A stretch of 64,000 nt of DNA from an uncultured Cytophagales bacterium. GTDB lineage: Bacteria > Bacteroidota > Bacteroidia > Cytophagales > JAAEPT01. The DNA lies in NCBI GenBank assembly GCA_963736575.1, contig CAVTPD010000001.1, positions 790,340 to 854,339 on the forward strand, given 5' to 3'. This document shows, piece after piece, positions 36,349-45,667 of this stretch. Each line of letters begins with the position of its first letter. Within the stretch, counting starts at the first letter, position 1. A model generated the notes under the pieces. It did not search any database. It was not told the origin of the DNA and saw only the letters and a list, made by a program, of their open reading frames with translations. The position numbers were made by a program, and so were the translations under genes.

Positions 36349-37437
36349 TTAGTTTACTTTACTAAGCCCCATTAATTTTATCATCCATTTTGGTAATGGA
36401 GTATTGTTTTTTCGTTTCTTTAAGTCTAAATACCAACCTATTTTTTTTAAAATGGGCACTTTGTGTGTTTCTACTAATTCAATTAATGTACCGTCTGGGT
36501 CTTCTACATAACAGAATCTACCAGCAGCTTTATCCATTACAAAAGAATTGGCACTGTCTACCGTAAATTTATAACCCAAAGTTTCGCTTTTTTGTTTTAG
36601 TGTATCCATATCTAAAACATCAAAACATAAGTGAATGAAACCGCAGTCTCCCCAGTAACGGTTTTCAAATATTTTATTTGGCTTTCTTTCTAAGGCTTCA
36701 ATTAGCTCAATTTCAATAGAACCTAATGCTTGACTAAAAGCACCAACGGGTTTTAATGTTTTTCTAAGAATGGTTCTTTTGTATTCTTGGGGTTCAATCA
36801 AGTTAGAGAAGGGTTGAACCATGGTTACTGTTTCAGAACTAGTCACTTTGTCTATACCCAAAAAGTCAGCGTAAAATTGAATAGCTTTTTCAGTATTGCT
36901 AACCCCAATTACACCGCCAATTACACCACCGCAGTGTTTGTTAGAATTTGAAAACCAATCTTCTGCTTCTACAAATTGAAAGGTGTTTCCATACATGTCT
37001 TGCACCCAAAGGTGCGCATGAGCTTCGTTTTGGTTTATTATTTCGGAAACCTTAATGCCGCTTTGTTTTTTTAAAGTTTGGTAGGTGCTGGCTAAATCTT
37101 TGGCTTTAATTTTGGCTGCATAAATACCAAAATCTCCCAATAATGGTACTTGGTTATATTCCGAAGGAGTTCTGGATTTAAATTGCCAGATTTCAAAACC
37201 TCCACCACCTTGCAAGTTTAAGGCTAAAATAGCTTGTCTTTGGTGTACGGTATTACCCGTGTACTGAGTCATTAGATTGGCTTCCTTCACATCGTCAAAA
37301 ACCAAAACATCCATACCAAAAAGATCTCTGTAAATATATTTGGCTTGGTTGGCATCTTTTACACCAATTCCTATTTGTTGAATACCTGTGATTAACTCAC
37401 TGTTTGTTTTTTTGTACATGGTTCTAATTCCTTTCAA
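36349..37437 (-). CDS. VOC-family (glyoxalase/extradiol dioxygenase fold) protein, duplicated module
   Basis: Two beta-alpha-beta-beta-beta-like modules (IQQIGIGVKD..., IGVSNTEKAIQFY...) and FCYVEDPDGTLIELVE. Confidence 0.6.
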   Translation of the reverse strand: MKGIRTMYKKTNSELITGIQQIGIGVKDANQAKYIYRDLFGMDVLVFDDVKEANLMTQYTGNTVHQRQAILALNLQGGGGFEIWQFKSRTPSEYNQVPLLGDFGIYAAKIKAKDLASTYQTLKKQSGIKVSEIINQNEAHAHLWVQDMYGNTFQFVEAEDWFSNSNKHCGGVIGGVIGVSNTEKAIQFYADFLGIDKVTSSETVTMVQPFSNLIEPQEYKRTILRKTLKPVGAFSQALGSIEIELIEALERKPNKIFENRYWGDCGFIHLCFDVLDMDTLKQKSETLGYKFTVDSANSFVMDKAAGRFCYVEDPDGTLIELVETHKVPILKKIGWYLDLKKRKNNTPLPKWMIKLMGLSKVN

Positions 37438-38143
37438 AATTACTTGGTTTCAACATCTGTTTATAAGCTGAAACTAAGTCTGCTTGTGAAGTGCCTTTTT
37501 TGTACAAGCGAATAACTTTTTGGTGGGTACAAAGTACTTTAAGCCAAGAGTTGTTGTAGTATTTTCGGGACGAAACAAGTATGTTTTTGTGTAAAATTTT
37601 ATATTTTCCGTAGCGTTTTCCGCGCTCTATAATTTCATAATCTTCCATTATTTCCATGGAAGTATCAAAACCATTTATTCTGTGGTAGAATTCTTTTTTT
37701 ATAAATAAACTTTGATCTCCACCATAACAGATAAACCAGTCGAAGCGGGTAAAGAAAGCATTAATTTTTAATAAAGTAGACTTTGTGTTAAACTGAGTTC
37801 TATATCTTCCAAAGTCGTATCCTTTTTTAACGGCCTTATGAATGTCACTTACAAAAGTACTGGGAGGAATGGTATCTGCATGAATAAAATAAAGGATGTC
37901 ACCCGTAGAGAATGAAGTTCCGTAATCCATCTGAAAAGCACGCCCTTTTTTGGCTGATTTTAAAGTAATGGCTCCGCTTTTTTCGGCTTTGGTTAATGTA
38001 TTGTCGTCACTTCCGCCGTCGGATACTATAATTTCTGAAATATGGTTTTGGCCATTTTCTAGTAGAAAGGAAACTAGTTTCTGAATATGATCTCCCTCAT
38101 TATAGGTGGGGATAATTATGCTGATATTCAGTTTTTTATTCAA
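37424..38143 (-). CDS. family-2 glycosyltransferase, TIGR04283-like (rSAM/selenodomain-associated transferase 2 family)
   Basis: ISIIIPTYNE, IIVSDGGSDDNT, KGRAFQMDYG, FIHADT, YGGDQSLF and IMEDYE. Confidence 0.65.
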   Translation of the reverse strand: MNKKLNISIIIPTYNEGDHIQKLVSFLLENGQNHISEIIVSDGGSDDNTLTKAEKSGAITLKSAKKGRAFQMDYGTSFSTGDILYFIHADTIPPSTFVSDIHKAVKKGYDFGRYRTQFNTKSTLLKINAFFTRFDWFICYGGDQSLFIKKEFYHRINGFDTSMEIMEDYEIIERGKRYGKYKILHKNILVSSRKYYNNSWLKVLCTHQKVIRLYKKGTSQADLVSAYKQMLKPSNFERN

Positions 38144-38334
38144 TACATATTCTGTTTAGAAAAGTAGAATTATTTTGATGTTCCTAGAAAGATAAAAAAC
38201 ATGATTCTAGAACTCAAAGTTAAGGTTTTCTACCTGTTTTTTCTGAAAATAAACTATAAAAGCTAATCTGTGAATTTATGTTTTTCCGATTTAGTTAATT
38301 ATATATGATTTTAAAAAAGGAGTATTTATGCTAG

Positions 38335-38350
38335 TGTGACAATTATCACC
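38335..38350 (+). promoter_or_regulatory. CRP/FNR-type box TGTGA-CAATTA-TCACC upstream of the SulP gene
   Basis: The 3' edge lies 54 nt before the ATG at 38404. Confidence 0.55.
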
Positions 38351-38403
38351 AATACTGCACCAAACAAAGTGTTTATTTGTATTGAAATGAAAATCCAATA
38401 GGT

Positions 38404-40152
38404 ATGCGCTGGAAGACAATGTTTCCAATTTTAAATTGGTTGCCTAACTATAAAAAAGAAGATTTAAGCGGTGATGTTTCGGCCGGGTTAACCGTTGGTG
38501 TAATGTTGATCCCACAAGGAATGGCTTACGCTATGATTGCCGGATTACCACCCGTATATGGTTTGTATGCAGCAATGGTTCCGCAAGTAATTTATGCCAT
38601 TTTTGGTACCTCTAGACAACTGGCGGTTGGGCCAGTAGCCATGGATTCTTTGTTGGTTGCGGCCGGTGTTTCAGCTATTGCTGCTATAGGTAGCGAACAA
38701 TATATTGTATTGGCCATTCTACTTTCTTTTATGATGGGGGTAGTTCAACTGGCTTTTGGTGTTTTTCGTTTAGGATTTTTAGTGAATTTCCTCTCTAAGC
38801 CAGTAATTAGTGGTTTTACATCTGCGGCGGCTTTAATAATAGGATTAAATCAGATTAAACACGTCTTAGGTGTAGATTTACCTAGAAGCAATAATATTTT
38901 CGCCATACTTTATGAAACGGTCTTAAAGTTTGAATTCATCAACTGGGTTTCGGTTGCTGTTGGTGTGGCAGGAATATTAATTATTAAAAACAGCAAACGC
39001 ATACATAAAGCTATACCTGGTGCTTTGGTGGCAGTAGTTTTTGGTATTCTAGTTGTTCGTTTTGGTGGCTTAGTTGATTTCGGTTTAAAAATAGTAGGGG
39101 AAATACCAGAAGGATTACCGGCTTTTTCAATCCCAGATTTAAGCACAGAACATTTTACAGAATTAATCCCAATAGCATTGACTTTAGCGTTAATTGCTTT
39201 TATGGAATCTATTTCGGTAGCTAAGGCCATAGAAAGTAATCATAAAGGAGAATATGAATTAGACAATAACCAAGAGATGATTGGTTTAGGAATGGGGAAC
39301 ATTATTGGTTCTCTGTTCGCTTCTTACCCAACAACAGGTGGTTTTAGTCGTTCGGCAGTGAACGACCAAGCGGGTGCAAAAACTAATTTAGCGGCTATTA
39401 TTAGTGCGGTTTTAATTGCGCTAACCTTATTGTTTTTAACCCCATTATTTTATTTCCTTCCGAAAACAATTTTGGGAGCAATAATACTAGTAGCTGTTTT
39501 GGGTTTAATTGATCTGAAATACCCAAAGTATTTGTTTAAAACTAGTAAAGCCGATTTTTATATGCTATCAGTGGCTTTTGTAGTCACCTTGGCTTTTGGT
39601 ATAAAAGAAGGGATTGGAGCAGGTGTTTTAATTTCTTTAGTCACCTTAATTTATAAAACTACCTTACCGCATATAGCTGTTTTAGGAAGACTGCCGAACA
39701 CAAAGGACTACCGAAATATTGGCCGTTTCAAAGAAATTGAAGTCCGGAAAGACGTTTTGGTAATTAGGCATGATGCCCAGTTGTTCTTTGCCAACAGCAG
39801 TAATTTTATAGAAGTCGTTAAAAGAGAAGTCAATAAAAAAGGAGCTGATTTACGCTTATTGGTTTTGCATTGTGGAAGTATTTCAAACATAGATGCTACG
39901 GCACTTCAGGCTATAAAAGAACTTATTCAGGAGTTACAAAAAAGGAATATACAAGTCGCTTTTTCGGGTTTAATTGGCCCAGTTAGAGATTTTTTGTACA
40001 AAACTGGATTTATTAAAGAGCTGGGTGAAAAACACTTTTTTATAGATGTTCAATCGGCCATAGATTGTTTTGATAACTGTGAAGAAAACGAGTTTTCACC
40101 AACGTTTGAACATGCATTACAAACCAATGTTTTCAGGGAAAAAGAAATTTAG
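38404..40152 (+). CDS. SulP-family anion transporter with a C-terminal STAS domain
   Basis: 582 aa, multi-TM. N-terminus LNWLPNYKKEDLSGDVSAGLTVGVMLIPQGMAYA, with a STAS-like tail. Confidence 0.9.
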   Translation: MRWKTMFPILNWLPNYKKEDLSGDVSAGLTVGVMLIPQGMAYAMIAGLPPVYGLYAAMVPQVIYAIFGTSRQLAVGPVAMDSLLVAAGVSAIAAIGSEQYIVLAILLSFMMGVVQLAFGVFRLGFLVNFLSKPVISGFTSAAALIIGLNQIKHVLGVDLPRSNNIFAILYETVLKFEFINWVSVAVGVAGILIIKNSKRIHKAIPGALVAVVFGILVVRFGGLVDFGLKIVGEIPEGLPAFSIPDLSTEHFTELIPIALTLALIAFMESISVAKAIESNHKGEYELDNNQEMIGLGMGNIIGSLFASYPTTGGFSRSAVNDQAGAKTNLAAIISAVLIALTLLFLTPLFYFLPKTILGAIILVAVLGLIDLKYPKYLFKTSKADFYMLSVAFVVTLAFGIKEGIGAGVLISLVTLIYKTTLPHIAVLGRLPNTKDYRNIGRFKEIEVRKDVLVIRHDAQLFFANSSNFIEVVKREVNKKGADLRLLVLHCGSISNIDATALQAIKELIQELQKRNIQVAFSGLIGPVRDFLYKTGFIKELGEKHFFIDVQSAIDCFDNCEENEFSPTFEHALQTNVFREKEI

Positions 40153-40157
40153 TCTTG

Positions 40158-40173
40158 TGTGATTTTTATCACT
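40158..40173 (+). promoter_or_regulatory. CRP/FNR-type box TGTGA-TTTTTA-TCACT upstream of the MBL-rhodanese gene
   Basis: The 3' edge lies 55 nt before the ATG at 40228. Shares the extended flanks TTGTGTGA..TCACTGAG with the 42247 box. Confidence 0.55.
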
Positions 40174-40227
40174 GAGAAGGCACAAAACAAGGCGTATTAT
40201 TGTAATAGAATTTAAAAGGAACAGATT

Positions 40228-41646
40228 ATGAAAGTTGAACAAATATATACAGGCTGTTTGGCCCAAGGCGCATATTATATTGAATCTGAAGGTGAAGTGG
40301 CAATAATAGACCCTTTGCGTGAGGTAGAATCTTACATTCAGAAAGCAGAAAAAGAAGGCGCTAAAATCAAGTACATTTTCGAAACCCATTTTCATGCAGA
40401 TTTTGTGTCTGGTCATGTGACTTTGGCTGAAAAAACAGGAGCGGATATTATTTACGGCCCAACGGCTACAACGTCATTTAAATCGGTAATCGCAAAAGAC
40501 CAACAAGAATTTAAATTGGGTAAGGTTAGCATTAAAGTTTTGCATACGCCGGGGCACACACCAGAATCGTCCACTTATCTTTTGTTAGATGAAAAAGGAA
40601 AAGAATACGCTATTTTCTCTGGAGATACTCTGTTTATTGGTGATGTAGGTCGCCCAGATTTAGCCGTAAAATCAGATTTAACGGAACACGACTTGGCAGC
40701 TATGTTGTTCGATTCGTTAAGAACTAAAATTATGACCTTACCCGACGATGTTTTAGTTTATCCAGCACATGGAGCTGGTTCGGCTTGTGGTAAAAACATG
40801 AGTAAAGAAACCTTTGACAAATTGGGCAATCAGAAGATGTTCAATTATGCGCTTAGAGCAGATATGAGCAAAGAAGAATTTATTAAGGAAGTAACTACCG
40901 GTTTAACCAAGCCGCCACAATACTTTCCTAAAAATGCTTTAATGAATAAAGAAGGGTACGAAAATATTGACGATGTTCTTGAAAAAGGAACGGTGGCCTT
41001 AGAGCCCGATTTATTTGAAGAAATAGTAAATGCTAAAGGGGCCTTAATGTTAGATACTAGAGCGCCACAAACCTTTAAAGATGCATTTATACCCAATAGC
41101 ATAAACATTGGTATTGATGGAGGTTTTGCTCCTTGGGTGGGTGCCTTAATCTTAGATTTAAAACAGCCAATAGTATTGATTACTGATGTGGGCAGGGAAG
41201 AAGAAGTGGTTACCCGACTTTCACGTGTGGGGTATGACAATACCTTGGGCTTTTTAAAAGGCGGAATTGAAGCATGGAAAAATGCAGATAAAGAAACGGA
41301 TAAAATAACTTCTATTTCGGCAGAAGAATTTAAAGACCGTATAACGAATGATGCACTTAATCATATTCTAGATGCTAGAAAAACAACCGAATATATTTCT
41401 GAACATGTTGAAGATTCTAGAGTAGAGAACTTTCCGTTGGATTACATCAACGAGAATTTGAGTGAATTGGACAAAGACAAAGAATATTACATCCACTGTG
41501 GTGGTGGCTACCGTTCCATGATTATGGCATCCATTTTAAAATCAAGAGGTTTTGAAAAAGTGATTGATGTTGCCGGTGGTTTCAAATCTATTAAAGAAGC
41601 CGGAATTGAGGTAAGTAACTACGTTTGTCCAACCACTTTAAATTAG
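40228..41646 (+). CDS. MBL-fold persulfide-dioxygenase-like domain fused to two rhodanese domains
   Basis: THFHADFVSGH (HxHxDH), HTPGHTPES, then two rhodanese-like modules, the last with the active-site loop CGGGYRS. Confidence 0.8.
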   Translation: MKVEQIYTGCLAQGAYYIESEGEVAIIDPLREVESYIQKAEKEGAKIKYIFETHFHADFVSGHVTLAEKTGADIIYGPTATTSFKSVIAKDQQEFKLGKVSIKVLHTPGHTPESSTYLLLDEKGKEYAIFSGDTLFIGDVGRPDLAVKSDLTEHDLAAMLFDSLRTKIMTLPDDVLVYPAHGAGSACGKNMSKETFDKLGNQKMFNYALRADMSKEEFIKEVTTGLTKPPQYFPKNALMNKEGYENIDDVLEKGTVALEPDLFEEIVNAKGALMLDTRAPQTFKDAFIPNSINIGIDGGFAPWVGALILDLKQPIVLITDVGREEEVVTRLSRVGYDNTLGFLKGGIEAWKNADKETDKITSISAEEFKDRITNDALNHILDARKTTEYISEHVEDSRVENFPLDYINENLSELDKDKEYYIHCGGGYRSMIMASILKSRGFEKVIDVAGGFKSIKEAGIEVSNYVCPTTLN

Positions 41647-41652
41647 AATACA

Positions 41653-41964
41653 ATGAAAAACATTAATTCAAAACAGTTTAAAGAAATTATTGAAAGCACT
41701 CCTAATGCAATAATACTAGATGTTAGAACGGAAGGAGAAATTCAGGAAGGTATGATTGAAGGGGCCAGAAACATAAACATCATGAGCCCCAATTTTGCCA
41801 ACGAGATTAAAGCCTTAGATAAAGAAAATACGTATCTAGTGGTTTGCAGAAGTGGGAATAGAAGTAGTTCCGCTTGTGGATTTATGGATCAATTAGTTTT
41901 TAAACAAGTGTATAATCTATCCGGTGGCATGATGCAATGGGATGGAAATGTGGTTATTAAATAA
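41653..41964 (+). CDS. single-domain rhodanese sulfurtransferase
   Basis: 103 aa with the active-site loop CRSGNRS. Confidence 0.85.
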   Translation: MKNINSKQFKEIIESTPNAIILDVRTEGEIQEGMIEGARNINIMSPNFANEIKALDKENTYLVVCRSGNRSSSACGFMDQLVFKQVYNLSGGMMQWDGNVVIK

Positions 41965-41969
41965 TAGAG

Positions 41970-41994
41970 AGATGGCTTATGGCCATCTTTTTTT
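41970..41994 (+). terminator. rho-independent terminator
   Basis: 7-bp stem AGATGGC/GCCATCT, 5-nt loop, then TTTTTT. Confidence 0.65.
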
Positions 41995-42007
41995 ATCACC
42001 AGTAAAA

Positions 42008-42226
42008 ATGAAAAATATTACTTACGCTTTAGTTGTTGCCTTAACACTAGGGTTGGCGCCATTTACTCCCGAGCCGCATATTTGGGGCAAACTAAAATGG
42101 ATAGCAGGTGGTGCAAATGGTATGCAGGTAATGGATTGGTTTGATTTTGCTTTACACGGTACTCCATGGTTTTTTCTTTTTATAGCAGTTTATAAAGAGA
42201 TTAAGTCCAGAAAACAAACCTCCTAA
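42008..42226 (+). CDS. small two-helix membrane protein
   Basis: An ATG-started 72-aa reading (MKNITYALVVALTLGLAPF...WFFLFIAVYKEIK) within track ORF 41942..42226. Confidence 0.45.
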   Translation: MKNITYALVVALTLGLAPFTPEPHIWGKLKWIAGGANGMQVMDWFDFALHGTPWFFLFIAVYKEIKSRKQTS

Positions 42227-42246
42227 AATATACAATAACCTTATTG

Positions 42247-42262
42247 TGTGATAAGTGTCACT
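42247..42262 (+). promoter_or_regulatory. CRP/FNR-type box TGTGA-TAAGTG-TCACT upstream of the Usp/YeeE genes
   Basis: The 3' edge lies 55 nt before the ATG at 42317. Confidence 0.55.
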
Positions 42263-42316
42263 GAGTTTAAAGAACCGGCTTGGTACATTTATACTAAATT
42301 CATCGATCTATAAAAA

Positions 42317-43171
42317 ATGAACAATGTACTATTATTAACCGATTTCTCGGAATTGTCTTCTTATGCCAAATCATTGGCCGATAAAGTGGCTTTTTATTCA
42401 GGGTCTAAGTTACATGTTTTAAAAATTGTTGATGTTCCATCAGAAATTCAAATAAACCTAAAAGGTGAAATCCTTGGGGGGATGGCAGATGATATAGCTG
42501 GTTTGGTAGAAGAAAAAAACACTTCTGAAAACATAATGGCAGACTGGGTGAAAGGTCTTAAAGCCGATATTACAACCTCGGTATTTTACGGAAGGCTTCA
42601 AGAATCTGTACATCAATACATCAACAAGAATACTATAGAGTTAGTAATCATGGGGACGCACGGAGTAACGGGAATTAAAGAGTTGCTTTCTGGTTCTGTT
42701 ACAGAACATATTATTAGGAATAATTCTGTGCCGATATTGTCTTTAAAATGCGATAGAGACTCTATAGATTTCTCAGATTTCTTGATAACAGGTGATTTTG
42801 ATTCCGATGCTGAAATGAATCTGAATACCCTAAAAACGTTACAAGGAGTTTTTAACTCTACTATGCATTTGCTTTGGGTAAACACAAAATCACATTTTGT
42901 TACCACTACAGAAGCGATGAATAAAATGACTGCTTTTGCCCAAAAGAATAAGCTTGAGCATGTTCAATATCACTTATATAGCGATAAGAGTTTTGAAGAA
43001 GGTGTTGTAAATTTCTCAAATAATTACGACTCTAGCCATTCGTTAGATATTGATATTATAGCGGTAGAGAAGAAGAAAAAATCTCAGCTAGGCTACATCT
43101 TCACGGGTTGTCAAGCTACTAGCTTTGTTAATCACATCTTTAGACCAATAGTTACTTATACCAAAGGATAA
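42317..43171 (+). CDS. tandem-domain universal stress protein
   Basis: GTHGVTGIKELLSGSVTEHIIRNNSVPILS (the Usp ATP-binding motif) in the first half, and a second degenerate Usp half. Confidence 0.8.
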   Translation: MNNVLLLTDFSELSSYAKSLADKVAFYSGSKLHVLKIVDVPSEIQINLKGEILGGMADDIAGLVEEKNTSENIMADWVKGLKADITTSVFYGRLQESVHQYINKNTIELVIMGTHGVTGIKELLSGSVTEHIIRNNSVPILSLKCDRDSIDFSDFLITGDFDSDAEMNLNTLKTLQGVFNSTMHLLWVNTKSHFVTTTEAMNKMTAFAQKNKLEHVQYHLYSDKSFEEGVVNFSNNYDSSHSLDIDIIAVEKKKKSQLGYIFTGCQATSFVNHIFRPIVTYTKG

Positions 43172-43180
43172 AACTGAATT

Positions 43181-43747
43181 ATGTTAGAATTTATAAGTCA
43201 ACCCTGGCCGTGGTATGTGGCTGGGCCAATTATATCGTTAGTGATGTTTTTACTCTTGTATTTTGGTAAAAACTTCGGAATGTCTGCCAATTTAAGAACC
43301 ATGTGTACTATTGGTGGGGCCGGTAAATTTTCCGACTTCTTTAACTTTGACTGGAAGAGTCAATCATGGAATCTAATATTTGTTCTTGGGGCAATTACGG
43401 GAGGTTTTATTGCTTCAAACTATTTAGGTGGAGATGGGCCAGTAGCTATTTCGGAAGCAACGGTAAAAGAGTTAGAAAGTTTTGGAATAGAAAATCCAGG
43501 TCAAAATTTTCTACCTCCAGAACTTTTTAGTTTTGAGGCATTATTCAGTTTAAGAGGTTTCTTAATGTTAGTTGTGGGTGGGTTTTTGGTAGGTTTTGGT
43601 GCCAGATACGCTGGTGGCTGTACTTCAGGACACGCTATTAGTGGACTTTCTGATTTACAAATTCCATCTCTAATAGCTGTAATAGGCTTTTTTATTGGAG
43701 GGCTTATTATGACCTATCTAGTTTTACCCTATTTACTACAACTTTAA
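43181..43747 (+). CDS. YeeE/YedE-family sulfur-compound transporter subunit
   Basis: Multi-TM with [11 protein letters not shown]. Confidence 0.8.
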   Translation: MLEFISQPWPWYVAGPIISLVMFLLLYFGKNFGMSANLRTMCTIGGAGKFSDFFNFDWKSQSWNLIFVLGAITGGFIASNYLGGDGPVAISEATVKELESFGIENPGQNFLPPELFSFEALFSLRGFLMLVVGGFLVGFGARYAGGCTSGHAISGLSDLQIPSLIAVIGFFIGGLIMTYLVLPYLLQL

Positions 43748-43757
43748 AATAGTAAAA

Positions 43758-44171
43758 ATGAATAAGTTAAAGTTTTATATGCTTGGTATATTATTCGGAA
43801 TAGTGATGACCAAAGCAGAAATAATTTCTTGGTTACGGATTTATGAAATGTTCAAATTTCAATCCTTTCACATGTATGGTGTAATTGGTTCGGCAGTGGT
43901 ATTGGGGGTGATCTTTGTTCAGCTTATAAAAAGAACAAAACTGAAAAGCATTGAAGGATTGGATATTAGTTTTGTGCCCAAAAAATTGTCGGTTTGGCGT
44001 TACCTTATTGGTGGTACAATTTTCGGATTAGGTTGGGCTATGACAGGTGCTTGCCCAGGGCCAATGTTTACTTTGGTAGGAAACGGTGTTTTGGTAATGT
44101 TGGTGGTAATAGCCAGTGCTATGCTAGGAACGTTTGTCTATGGATTAATTAGACATAAGTTACCGCATTGA
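43758..44171 (+). CDS. YeeE/YedE-family partner subunit (short form)
   Basis: 137 aa, 4 TM helices, with GACPGP. Confidence 0.75.
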   Translation: MNKLKFYMLGILFGIVMTKAEIISWLRIYEMFKFQSFHMYGVIGSAVVLGVIFVQLIKRTKLKSIEGLDISFVPKKLSVWRYLIGGTIFGLGWAMTGACPGPMFTLVGNGVLVMLVVIASAMLGTFVYGLIRHKLPH

Positions 44172-44303
44172 TAAAAAAGTAGCTTTGTGATTTGGGTAAT
44201 GGTATAAAAACTTTTGAGACAGTCTTTTTTGTGTTGCAATTCTATTTGTGCACCAGCAGCATACAAAAGAATGTTACACACAGACTAACTCAAAAGTTTT
44301 AGT

Positions 44304-44639
44304 TTATTCCTGAATAGAAACCGGTACAGATGTTATTTTTCCGTCTCTTTGAGTGAAATTAACTACACAGTTTCTATTGTCTTTCCAATTGAAATCAACA
44401 ATGGACTCATCAAATTTATCAGCGTAAACTTCGGTTGAGGCATCAATAGTTTTATCATTAATGGCAACCGATATTTTGACATTGTAAGGATCCATAGAAC
44501 TGTAACGAGAACCTTGTACACTAATCACCATTTTTCCGTCTTCAGAGGTGCTTGTGATTAACTCTGATTTTTCTGAAGAGCAAGCGCTTACTAAAAACAA
44601 AAGTGACAGTAAAAGAGAATAGTAAATGGACTTTTTCAT
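44304..44639 (-). CDS. small lipoprotein, unknown function
   Basis: Lipobox LVSAC after the signal sequence. 111 aa. Confidence 0.6.
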   Translation of the reverse strand: MKKSIYYSLLLSLLFLVSACSSEKSELITSTSEDGKMVISVQGSRYSSMDPYNVKISVAINDKTIDASTEVYADKFDESIVDFNWKDNRNCVVNFTQRDGKITSVPVSIQE

Positions 44640-44719
44640 AAAATTTTGAAAGGTTAGTTGACCAAAAGATACATTAAATAACTAGAAAAATTAATATGGA
44701 ATAAGAATTATTAGCTTAT

Positions 44720-44750
44720 AAAAAAGCCCTTAGGTGTTTCCTAAAGGCTT
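44720..44750 (-). terminator. rho-independent terminator of dapA
   Basis: On the - strand: AAGCCTTTAGG-AAACA-CCTAAGGGCTT followed by TTTTTT. Confidence 0.7.
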
Positions 44751-44774
44751 GCAACTTATGTTAAATTAGAAAGC

Positions 44775-45659
44775 CTATAAGGCGGGCATTGCTAATCTTA
44801 TTTTTTCAGAAAGTTCTAAAGAACCCACTAATAAAGGTAAACGAACTTGATCGTCCATTTTGCCTAAATGTGCCAGTACTTGTTTTATCCCAACCGGATT
44901 AGATTCTTCGTAAAGAAGTGGGTTAAGGTCTACAAATTCGTTCAAGATATTTTGAGCGCCTTTAAAATCATACTGTAAAGCCGAATGAATGGCTTTAGTA
45001 AATTTTTCAGGGTAGGCATTCGCTAATACAGAAATGACACCCACACCACCTAATGTAATCATAGGCATGGTTAACATATCATCACCAGAGATTAACAAGA
45101 AATCTTCGGGCGTATGTTTTTGTATTTTCATAAACGTATCAAAATCTGCCGAAGCTTCTTTAATACCCACAATATTAGGATGGCTAGATAACTTAATAGT
45201 GGTTGAAGCCTCTACCATTGAACCTGTTCTACCCGGTACATTATACAATATTATTGGCGCAGGAGATTTGTCTGCCACCGCAATATAATGTGCGTAAATA
45301 CCTCTTTGGCTAGGTTTGTTGTAATAGGGAGAAACCGTTAAAACAGCATCTACGCCATTAAAATCAGTTTTGTCAATTAGGTCTAAAACATATTGAGTAT
45401 CGTTAGCGCCAATACCGTAAACAATAGGAAGTTTACCGTTATTTATTTTTTTAACGCTAGCCAGTATATTGTTTTTTTCTTCTAATGAAAGTGTAGAAGC
45501 TTCACTAGAAGTCCCGTTAACCACCAGAAAATCTACGTGTTTAGAAACATCTTTAACTAAAACTTCAAGGCTTTTGTAGTCTACATTTAAATTCGCATCA
45601 AACGGTGTTATCAACGCAACTCCAACTCCCTTTAACTTCTTTACCCGTGCAGCAGACAT
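44775..45659 (-). CDS. dapA: 4-hydroxy-tetrahydrodipicolinate synthase
   Basis: 294 aa. GVGVALITPF, VVNGTSSE, YNVPGRTG and the active-site Lys context GIKEAS. Confidence 0.9.
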   Translation of the reverse strand: MSAARVKKLKGVGVALITPFDANLNVDYKSLEVLVKDVSKHVDFLVVNGTSSEASTLSLEEKNNILASVKKINNGKLPIVYGIGANDTQYVLDLIDKTDFNGVDAVLTVSPYYNKPSQRGIYAHYIAVADKSPAPIILYNVPGRTGSMVEASTTIKLSSHPNIVGIKEASADFDTFMKIQKHTPEDFLLISGDDMLTMPMITLGGVGVISVLANAYPEKFTKAIHSALQYDFKGAQNILNEFVDLNPLLYEESNPVGIKQVLAHLGKMDDQVRLPLLVGSLELSEKIRLAMPAL

Positions 45660-45667
45660 AATATTTT

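Noticed and set aside
40117-40416. A 99-aa minus-strand ORF spanning the SulP/MBL intergenic region.
   Set aside because: It overlaps the ends of two well-supported plus-strand genes and the regulatory box, and its composition is hydrophobic and low-complexity.
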